64,000 nucleotides of DNA. Origin: the human T2T-CHM13v2.0 reference genome, Homo sapiens. The DNA lies in NCBI RefSeq assembly GCF_009914755.1, contig NC_060934.1; one strand, given 5' to 3'. Within the stretch, counting starts at the first letter, position 1, and every line of letters starts with the position of its first letter. The position numbers were made by a program, and so were the translations under genes. The notes under the pieces are model-generated. The model was not told the DNA's origin. It was given only the letters and a program-made list of their open reading frames with translations, and searched no databases. This document shows, in pieces, positions 53,105 through 64,000 of this stretch.

Positions 53105-53457
53105 AGAGTAGTCCTCCCTTATTTGTGATTTCACTTTGCATGGTTTCACTTTGCACGATTTCAGTTGCATATGGTCAGCCGTGGTCTTAAGATATTATAT
53201 ACTGTAAAACATTTTGAGAAAGAAAGAGAGATCCTACTCACATAGTTTTTTATTACAGTAAATTGTTATAATTGTTCTATTTTATTCTTAGTATGGCTTT
53301 TAATCTCTTACTGTGCCTGATTTATGAATTAAACTTGATCATAGTTATGTATATGTAGGAAAAAACATAGTGTATATGTAGGGTTCAGTACTATCCACAG
53401 TTTCACGTCTTCACTGGTGGTCTTGGAACTTATCTTTCATGGATAAGGGGGTACTGT
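53105..53457. mobile_element. MER44A-like (Tigger7-derived) DNA transposon
   Basis: Termini gagtagtcctcccttat ... ggataagggggtactg. Confidence 0.7.
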
Positions 53458-55759
53458 CGTATGCCCTTTTTCAGATTGAATTTCCATTCTATTCCTAGTT
53501 TGTTGAATTTTTTTTTATCATAAAGGGAAGAAAGTTTTGTCAAATGCCTCTTCTATGTCTATAGAGAGAATTCGTGAATTTTTTTCCTTATTCTATTAAT
53601 ACTATTTATTACCTTGTTTGATTTTTGTATGTTAACCAGCATTGCATTCCTGGATAAATCCTAGTGGGTCATGGTGTAGAATCTTTTTAGTATACTGCTA
53701 TATTCAATTTGGTAGTGTTTGTTGAGGATTTTTGCATCTATATTCATGAGAGATATTCATTTGAAATTTTCTTTACTCATAATGTGTTTGCCTAGTTTTG
53801 GCATCAAAGTAGTAAGATGGAGAGTTCTTTTTCTTCATTTATGTTTTTGGAACATAAATGAACATACATGTTTGTAAAGGATTTGTTTTAATTATCTTTT
53901 AAGTGTTCGAAAGAAGTCATAAATGAAGCCATGTGGCATTCTTGTGCTTTTCTTCATGAGACTTTTAAAAATCTATTTTATCTAGGTTCTAATTCATTGA
54001 CACATAATTTTTCATAGTATTTCCTTAAAATCCTTTTTATTTCTAGAAGGTTGCTAATAGTTTCTCCTCTTTTCATTTCTGATTCTTAGCAGTTTGACAT
54101 TTCTTTCCTTCTTTTTCTTGTTATTCTAGCTAATAACAAGATTATTGCTAACCTTTTTAAGAAACCAACTTTTATTTCACTGGCTTTCTATAATGCTTTT
54201 CTATTCTGTTTTATTTATTTGAGCTTCAATCTATATTTCTCCTTCCTTCTGCTTTCTTTACATTTAGTTTGCTTTTCTGATTCCTTAAGTTAAAATTTAG
54301 TTTATTGATTTAAATTTCTTTTTTAATATATGCATTTACAGTTATACAATTTCCTCTGAGTACCACTTTTGCTGAATCTCATAAGTTTTGGTATTTTATG
54401 TTTTCATTTTCATTTATCTTAAAATATTTTCCAATTTTCCATTAGATTTCTTCATTGACCCACTGGGTAGTTAAGGGTGTTTCATGAGATTTCTTTGTAT
54501 TTCTGAATTTCCGAAATGGTATTGTGTGTTAATTTCTAACTTTCCATTGTGTTTGGAGAATATATTTTGTATGGGTTTAATCCTTTAAATTTATTGAGAC
54601 TTGTTTTATCACCTAACATAGAATCTATCCTTGAGATTGTCTCATGCATACTTCAGTAGAATGTGTATTCTGCTAATATTGGATAAAGGACCCTGAAGGT
54701 GTCTGTTAGGTCTAATTGGTTTCTAGTACTATTCTTCTTTTTTCTTGTTAGTTTTCTGTATAGTTGTTCTATCCATTATGAAAAGTGGAAGTATTGATGT
54801 CTCCGACTATTATTGTTGATATGTATTATTTCTTACAACTGCGTGAGAATCTACAATTATCTGTAAATTAAAAAGTTAAATATTTAAAAACTATAAAGTT
54901 TTTCAATTCTTAGAGCTCCCATACCAGCTCTTTGCTTGGCTTTAATTGGGGACATTTCTTCCCTTCATTCCTCTCAACTTGAGAGCCTTAGCTAAACTGC
55001 TAAATCAAAAGAAAAGTTCCCATTTAACATCCTGTTACTGAAGTGTCATGATGAATCAGATGACAGCAGGCAGAGAAGGAAGCAGCGGCTGAGCTCTTGG
55101 CATGACTGAGTCAATCTAAGAGGGATTGTCCAAATGCAGGACTGATTAGGTATCAATGTCTGCTGAGTGGAGTCTCAATTATAGGTCAATAATAAAGGTA
55201 GAAATTGAACTTGTTGAGGTCAGGGTGGTCAGTGTAGTCCAGGTGGGGTTGAAAATTAAAAACTAAGTGGGGACAATGGGTATCACTGTGTCAAAGATAA
55301 ATTGGGTAGTTGCCAAAGTGGAGATCAGGAGATCTCCCAAGTCAAAGCAAACGATTCTTTCTGGGAGTGCACCTTGATTCTGGCAGTCCTTCCCGATATC
55401 TTATTTCAGGCTGCTTTTATTTATGCTCTGTGCTAAAGGGAATGTTCCTACCCCTTTAAAGGTACCTAGGACTTCTAACAAACAGGGAGTTCCCTGTGTG
55501 CCTGCAGGAAGCTGACGCCTGTGTTTGGTCACATAGACCACGTAGGGCCCAAGTTGTCTGAGCATCTGGCACGGCCTCCAGCTCGTAGAAGAGACTCAAC
55601 TAAGGTATCTTCCTGTTTTTTCTTCTCAGGTTGTGGTGTGTCTTGTATGCCAGCCAAATTGCATTGAAATTTATGTATGCACGTACATATGTATTGCCTT
55701 TGGGAAAACCTTGAGATTCTGCTTGGGGTACAACGTGATATAATAAAAATAAGTCATTG

Positions 55760-55990
55760 GATCCCTAAACCCTGAGCATGCCTAGCTCTAAAAGTTACTG
55801 AAATTTAGGCAAGTTATTAAACTTCTATGTGTGTACATATGCTTGTACATTAGCCATGTAGGCATGAACACCTATGCATAGTTGCATATACTGGCACATA
55901 TACACTGGAGGGTGGCTGATGCAATTATTAAATATATTATTTGTAAAGTACTAGCACTGTGTCTGATGTTCAAAGGATGAGAGCTTCTTA
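55760..55990 (+). mobile_element. MIR fragments
   Basis: aggcaagttattaaacttct...tgtaaagtactagcactgtgtctg. Confidence 0.45.
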
Positions 55991-57340
55991 GTATTTTCTC
56001 CCTCTTTTCCTTCCCTTCTGCTTTCGTATGTGTGTGTGTGCCTCAGAGAGAAAGAGTAGTAACTCACTCAGTTGGAAAAGAAAGCTGAAAAAACACAAAA
56101 AACAAAACACAGCGATTGCCTTGGCTTCAGGCATTTCAACCTATAGCTTTAACAATTTTGCTCCTGAAAGTGACCATTTCTTTTAGCTAAACTGACTGTA
56201 TGGAGCAGAGGCTTTGACATTAGGTACAAGAATAGGTAGAAGAGTGTTACTGCTGGTAAGGGCTCATTTTGCCTTGTAAAATAGATGTGAGTGCAGCCTT
56301 TTCTGGGCAGAACTAGATGTGGTCCCTGGACAGACCCCAGGCTGCATGTGAAAACTGCAGCACTGTTTTTTCCCTTTCCCCTCTCGGTGCTCTCCATCCT
56401 CATAGAAATGGTGGTTGTGCTGCTGCACCTGGATTTTGTTACCGTGGTTACAGATGCAGTCCCTGGTGGAGAAGGGGAGGGAGCCGTATTTTTATAAGGG
56501 CAAATTGTACTGACATTTAGATTGGAGGCATCACAATGAAGAGCGACTGCTGGAGAATGGATGAGCATGTGTTCCCTTTGCAAGTGGGATGTTGGGAAGA
56601 CTCCTGCCTCCTGCCCTTTCTCAATGTTTGTGTGTGTGTAGCGGGGAGGAAGGGGTGTGGACTCAGCCCCTAACATATTCAGAGGACCAAGATTCTGGTC
56701 GGGAATAGAAAAAGAGCCTTTTTCAGTGAGATTTTGAGGGGTCAGGGCTGAATTAGAAGTTTCTCAACAGATGCTGTAAATTATATCAAACCATAGTCCG
56801 ATCTGAATAGAAAGCCAAATCCCCAAAGCCTAAAGGAAATGGGAAGGGTAGCCAAATGTAAAGAGCTGGCAATGATGTGGCAGAGAGGGAGTCAGCAGTC
56901 TGAGGATGAGGGAGACAGGAGCAGTACACGGTGCGCAGATTAGAGCCTTACCTGTGGAAGAGACTCATGTTTGCAGCCTGCTTCTTGGGAGTGGTGCCTG
57001 CGTGGGCTGGTGGAACTTATTTACTAGGGGGAATCTAGCTGAAGGATGCCTATGTCATTTGGGACATGGAAGAGCCAACCAGGCTGCTGAGCTGGGGCTT
57101 CTTCCCCATCCTTACAGAAAATGATGTTTTTAAGGATAAATCGGTTGCAAAAGTTTTCTTCTGATCAGTAACAGGCTTAATGTATATAAAATGTCTCCAT
57201 TCACAGAAGTGCAATTGTCACTGGATCTTCCAGTTTTCCTTGTTGGTTAGCCAATCAGTCAGTTAGTCAAAAACATCTACGAAGTTTTCACTTCATGCCA
57301 GGGCTAAAGGGCTCAAGGTGCCTAAGGTTGAAATGCTATT

Positions 57341-58059
57341 TTTTTTTTCAATTTTTAATTTCTGATAATTTCAACTTTTATTTGAGATTCAGGGGTACGT
57401 GTGCAGGTTTGTTACATGGGTATATTGTGTAATGCTGAGGTTTGAATGATTGATCCTGTCACCCAAGTAGTGAGCTTAGAACCTAGTAGTTTTTCCATCC
57501 TTGCCTCCTCCCTCCCCCTCTTGTAGCCCCCAGTGTCAACTGCTGCCATCTTTATGTTCATAGTACCCGATACTTAGGTCCTGCTAAGTAAGAACATGCA
57601 GTATTTGGTTTTCTGTTCTTGTGTTAATTTGCTTAGAATAATGGCCTCCAGCTACATCCATGTTGCTGCAAAGGACATTATTTTGTTATTTTTTATGGCT
57701 GCAGAGTATTCCATGATGTATATGTACCACATTTTCTTTATCCAGTCCACCATTGACGGGCACGTAGGTTGATTCAATATGCTTGCTATTGTGAATAGTG
57801 CTGTGCTGAACATGTGTGTGCATGTGTCTTTTTGGTAGAATGATTTATTTTCTTTTTGGCATATACCCAGTAATGGGATTGCTGAGTCAAATGTTAGCTC
57901 TGTTTTAAGTTCTTTCAAAAATCTCCAAACTGCTTTTCACAGTGGCTGAGCTAGTTTACATCTCCACCAACAGTATTTAAGCATTCCTTTTTCTCTGCAG
58001 CTTCACCAGCATCTGTTGTTTTTAATAATAGCTTTCTGACTGGTGTGAGATGGTATCTC
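57341..58059 (-). mobile_element. 5'-truncated older L1PA 3' end
   Basis: ORF2 C-terminus (ORF 57652-57918) and 3'UTR; TSD TGAAATGCTATT at 57329-57340 and 58060-58071. Confidence 0.9.
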
Positions 58060-58484
58060 TGAAATGCTATTCTTTTGTTCAACCTCAGTACCCTCACCTT
58101 AACTCAGCATCCACACTCAGAATTTAAGCATACTCTCCCTAAGGACAGGAATTGGGTTACAGGATATCGGAGAATGACAAACACAGAGTCGTGGAAAAAG
58201 TCTTTGATTGGCTATTGATCTGGCCTTGGCCTTCAAGCAGGCAGATGTTCACGGGCTCCTTGGAGCCCCTGTGCCAGTTGCCAACTCAGCCAGCCAAGAG
58301 TCCAGGACTGTGTAGATAGAGGGGCTGCTTTGTCCACTCTTAACTTGTATTTCTGATATTGTGGAAATTAACTGGAACTGCTTAACATGAATACTTGGAG
58401 AGATGAAGAACTTGTGTCTTCCATGTTCCCATTGGTCAGTCTGGAGAGAATGTATTTACCAACTTGTGTGTATAGACGAAGTGA

Positions 58485-58954
<470 letters not shown>

Positions 58955-58964
58955 AGAATATTCT

Positions 58965-59140
58965 TCTTATTAGCCCTGTGATCTTGAGAGAGCAACATTA
59001 GATCTTTCAGCCACAGTTTTCTCATCTGCAAATAGAAATAATTAATCCTATTTCACAGGCATCTTTGTGAGGATTATGTGTAGTAATTAATATAAAGCAT
59101 CTGGCAGATGTCTGGTACAGAAAAGGCAATTGACAAATAT
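58965..59140 (+). mobile_element. MIR
   Basis: cagttttctcatctgcaaatagaaata...gtgaggatta. Confidence 0.65.
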
Positions 59141-60848
59141 TTCAGCTCTCCTTCATTATACACTGCTCCCTCTTCATGGACATGGAAAAGCATACCTCGA
59201 ATTTTGTGTCATTATTCTCAATTGATGGAGGAGCAAATGGCCCTCAAAACAGGCATATCAATAGCTTGAATAGTAGGCAATTTATGGAGTTTTGTGAAAG
59301 CATGTTCACATACTTGCTGTCCTCATGATATCCATTAGCTAAAGTAAAGCAGTCAAAATCATCTTAGTTGTTGACATGCAGAAGAAAAGTGGGAAAGCAC
59401 AGAGGAGCTATTAACACAGATTGCAGTTCCTGGTTCATGTATCTCAAGCACTCTGACCTGGCCAGAGGAAGATAAGGCTGCCCCATGTACAGTGACAGTC
59501 ACGTACAGATAAGGTGCCTATCCCCTTTCTTTGTGTTTGGCTGCAACTGGTCCATTGACCCTAAGTCTTGCAATGTTACCCTAAATTGGAATGGTGCATA
59601 TTGAATTCCCATTCCCTCCAGACTGAAGCAATTATCAGCTTGTTGCTTCATGCCAGGCAGAACAAGCGTACTGGAGCAGATGGGAGAGGCTCTCATGGTG
59701 CTTCCTATCTTGATAGTAGCCAGCACAAGGCCCCTCCTGATGGCCCATTCACTGGTAGGTGACACCACAGCCTGAGCAGGAACCTCCACTTGGTTCCTTC
59801 TGAGAGGTGGTTCACACTGTTCTCACAAGGGCTGCTCCCAATGTTTGGTACTCACAGCCCACCTTTCATGGAGGTTCATGTACATGCGTGTGCTTACATC
59901 TTCAGCAACACTGAGCAAAAGCCTCAGTGGGGTCTGTAGTTATTCTGGTCAGATGCAATGGTCATTTTGTTGAATCCAGGAGCACAAGGTTAAAGAGAAG
60001 AGCTACAGCTTAAACTGCAAAGAATAGGATTTAGGTTAGAGATAAGGAAGAATAACTTGTCTCTCTGGCTGAGTCAGCACTAGAACAGACATGCCAGAGT
60101 GTTGGCTTATCTCTCTTTATGGGATTTCCTTTGTTGATCTGTCTTGGCCACTGTTGAGGCGGGCAGGGGTCAGGGAATGAGCTGAATGGAGGTAATGGCC
60201 CTTGACACAGGTACAACTAAAAGGCTGAGATATTTACTGCAGTAGAACTACACTAATTTCTTATTTGTCACTACACTGCCAATTTTCCTTTTTGACGTTA
60301 ATCCTTTAAAATCATTTTAATTTCTTTATTCTATTAGAAAAAGCAAAGCTCTGATCTAGTAGACTTTCATTAAGTTATATTGAATGAACGAATATATCAT
60401 CTCTATGCCTGTTTAAGGCCTAAGTATTTCTTCTTCTTCTCTAGAATATACCTGATCTCTGATAGGTTGAAGTATTGTTAAAGACTGTTTTGTAATTCCT
60501 ATAGAGAGACATCCAATGAGTTCTTAAAAGTCTTCCAAGTTTGAATTAAATTAAACTATGAATGGAAACCTGTTCTGATGCAGTATCCTGTCCAGCTGAG
60601 CCTCTCTTTCAAAAAGTGCAAGTCCACTGTTCCATTTCTAACCCTGTCATGTGTCACTTACATTGTCCACCCCAGCACTACTTGCCCATCCAAACCCTAC
60701 CCATTTATCACATCCCTGTTCATGGCACAATTCCTCATCACTCCAGCCCATTGACCAACCTCCTCTAATGCCCAGAGGGTGTAATTGTCTGAGCAAGTGT
60801 CAAAGTGTGAGTGTGGAAGCCCAGTCAACTGGGTTTGAATTTCATCCA

Positions 60849-62035
60849 TAGACAGTGGCCAAAAAATGATGTTTTGGTCAATGACAGACTTTATAGACAA
60901 TAGTGGTCCCATAAGATTATAATGGAGCTGAAAAATTCCTATCACCTAGTGATGCCTTAGCCACATGCTGCAAGGCATTACTCACATGTTTGTGGTGATG
61001 CTGGTGTTGACAAACCTACTGCACTGAAAGTCATATAAAAGTAGAGCACAAAAAAGAGAGTACAATTATGTACAGTGCACAATATTTGGTAATGATAATA
61101 AATGGCTATGTTCTGGTTTATGTATTTACTGTATTATACCTTTAATCCATTATTCTAAGGTGTACTCCTTCTCCTTATAAAAAGGAAGTTAATTGTGAAT
61201 CAGCCTCAGGCAGGTCCTTCAGGAGTATTCCAGAAGAAGACATTGTCATCATAGGAGATGACAGCTTCATGCATGTAATTGCCCCTGAAGATCTTCAAGC
61301 AGGATAGGATGTGGAGGTGAAAACAGTGATATTGATGATCTTAAATCTGTGTAGGCCTAGGCAAATCTGTGTGTTTATGTCTTCGTTTTTAGCATAAAAT
61401 GTTAAAAAGTAAAAAAAAAAAGAAAAATAGGAAAAAGCTTATAGAATAAGCATATAAAGAAAAAATATTTTTGTATAGCTGTACAATATATGTTTTAAGC
61501 TAAGTGTTATTACAAAAGAGTCAAAAGTTAAAGAAAGTTTATAAACCAAAAATTTAAAGTAGGGTTAATTTATTATTAAAGATCTTTTTCAAATAAATGT
61601 AGAGTAGCCCTAGTGTACAGTGTTTTTAAAGTCTACAATAATGTACAGTAATGTCCTAGCCCTTCACATTCACTCACCACTCACTCAGTGACTCACCCAG
61701 AGCAACTTCCAGTCCTACAAGCTCCATTCATGGTAAGTGCCCTATACAGATGTACCACTTTTTATCATTTATACCATATTTTTACTGTATTTTTCTATGT
61801 TTGTTTAGGTACACAAATTTTTACCACTGTATTACAATTGCCTGCAGTATTCATTGCAGAAACATGCTGTGCAGGTTTGTAGCCTAGGAGTAATAGGCCA
61901 TACTATATAGCCTAGGTGCATAGTAGGCTATACCACGTAGGTTTATATAAGTACATTCTATGATGTTTGCACAACTAAATCACCTAACAATACATTTCTC
62001 AGAATGTATTCCTGTCATTAAGCGATGCATAACTG
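60849..62035 (+). mobile_element. Tigger3b-like DNA transposon
   Basis: gtggtcccataagattataatggagctgaaaaattcctatcacctag; terminal cattaagcgatgcataactg followed by TA. Confidence 0.8.
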
Positions 62036-62673
62036 TATATATAATCTGCAACAAGCAGGCTCTTAACATTGTTATCCATTCTATCCTCAGTTGTCTTTAT
62101 TCTCCTTTATAATTTTGATACTTGGCAGGAATACTTTAGTTTTAAGTAAAATAGGTGCTCCCTAGGCCAGTTTACGTTAAAAACAAATAGGGAGTGGAAT
62201 TTAGTAGTTTTTGCATGTGGGAAGTCAAGGGATAGAATTAACTTAGATGAAAATAGAATCAAAATATCAAAATATTATCAGGAACAAATCAAAAGCTCAA
62301 AATGAGTTAGGTTTTCTTTTTCCATCTTTCTGTTTCTGTACTCATCCCCCTACCCAGGAAGGCATATTCTGCCTTGTGGCAAAGATGGCCTCCTGTATCT
62401 TTAGGCTTATTATAATCTAATCCACCCACAGACAGCAGAAATTCTATTTTCCTAAAATATCATCAAGAGTGCTGAAGCTTGATCTAGAAAACCTTTGGTT
62501 TAGGTTTCCTGGCCAGCCCTGACCTTTGACTCAGATGAGTTCATGCCCGACTTGAAGACCCTCACTTTGATCTGAGAGTGGGCTCAGTGCCATTAAAATG
62601 TGTAGAAAAGAATGTGGGAGATGAAGAATTTTCAAAGGAAAATGAAGCTTCTTACACTAAAAAAGAAGATATT

Positions 62674-63028
<355 letters not shown>

Positions 63029-63259
63029 CTATCCAGCTTTGACCAATTTGTCTTCTTGGGCAACATTTGGAGTCATTTGTGCACCAGACTTAATGCCCAA
63101 GTCTTTGTTTTCTGTTCTTTCTTGTTTCTTTTATTTGTCTTTCTTGTCCCCAGATTGCAAACTTCAGAAGGACTGTGCCTCTTCTGGGAAAAATGCAATA
63201 CACTCAGAATGAACAATACTTGTTTGGAACCAAATGTAGGTTTATATATTCCTCCTGCA

Positions 63260-63358
63260 TATCAACAGCATCATCATGACCATCATCATCATCATCATCA
63301 TCTCCACCATCGTCACCATCACTGTTGTAAACATCATCATCATGATGATTATAATCAT
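63260..63358. repeat. (CAT)n/(CAC)n degenerate triplet repeat
   Basis: Direct reading. Confidence 0.9.
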
Positions 63359-63364
63359 ACACCC

Positions 63365-63610
63365 ATTTCTTGAGTACTTAACATGTGTCAGGCCCTGGGT
63401 AAGTGCCTCTAAACATTGTCTCATTTTATCTTAATGATAAAACATTATCTCATTTTATTTTCACAATGGGGCAGGTTTCTTTATCTTTTTTCTTTCTTTC
63501 TTTTTTTTTTTTTTTTACAAATGAAAAACCTGAGGCTGAGGTTATTGTATGCAGAGCCAAGATTTGAGTTGGATTTGTCTGACTCCCAAAGCACTTTAAC
63601 ACTAATAATT
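63365..63610 (-). mobile_element. MIR fragments
   Basis: ttttacaaatgaaaaacctgaggctgag...gcagagccaagatttga. Confidence 0.55.
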
Positions 63611-63649
63611 TACTAAGTATTGAATATTAAAATTATTTTTTCTGTTTTT

Positions 63650-63830
63650 AGAGCACTGTTATTCAACATACAGTTTGAGGACCACCTATGACAACATTGC
63701 TTGGGGTTGTATGCTAAAAATTCAGATTCCTGAGCTTTATCCAGAAATATGGAATCAGAAACTTTGGGAGTAGAGTTGAATCATATGTCTCTCACATAAT
63801 TCTTACTAAACTCTGAGAATCATTGTTCAG
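63650..63830. mobile_element. MER5-like DNA transposon fragment
   Basis: tgctaaaaattcagattcctgag...gaatcagaaactttgggagtag. Confidence 0.5.
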
Positions 63831-64000
63831 GGAGTAGAAGATTTCCCATCTTCATGACTGTCTTCAATTCTTTGGTCACGTCCTTATAATTGTTCTCACA
63901 ATAGCCATAATTTTTATAAGCTAAGCAATATGGTATATGGTGAAATCAAAAGAGAGCTACTGGAGAAGGGAGAAGCCAGGAACAGGCATGGCCAAGGTCA

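Larger units (their letters stand above)
48400..54830 (-). mobile_element. Old L1M (L1MB/MC-like) 3'UTR and ORF2 with nested Alu, inverted L1 and MER44
   Basis: Antisense 3'UTR from about 48960 (aggttgtgcaaccatcaccact) then degraded ORF2 to about 54830; an older L1M 3' piece at 48400-48960. Confidence 0.75.

Overview
Primate genomic DNA, most likely great ape or human: the young L1 5'UTRs are about 900 bp, matching the short L1PA3/L1PA2 form. The window is repeat-dominated and I can support no host protein-coding exon or RNA gene. It holds three young L1PA2/3-like LINE-1s: a 5'-truncated copy on + (4153-6861) and two full-length copies on - (14113-20162 with intact ORF1 and ORF0; 30343-36546). 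It also has a near full-length older L1 hosting one of these, other old L1/L2/MIR pieces, five Alus plus a monomer, an ERV1 solo LTR, MaLR LTRs, DNA transposon fossils and a 1-kb alternating purine-pyrimidine repeat. I see no new gene system. The most interesting signals are retrotransposition events that repeat annotation would fragment or miss. (1) A 4.3-kb TSD-flanked retroposed block, polyadenylated at an MLT1 LTR poly(A) site and carrying an antisense L1. (2) A 177-bp non-L1 polyadenylated insert inside L1 ORF2. (3) Two independently inserted L1s sharing the same ORF2 frameshift and nonsense codon in a patchy pattern suggestive of gene conversion. (4) A twin-primed L1 whose inversion junction holds the 1-kb repeat. 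Subfamily names come from recalled consensus sequences and need RepeatMasker/Dfam confirmation.
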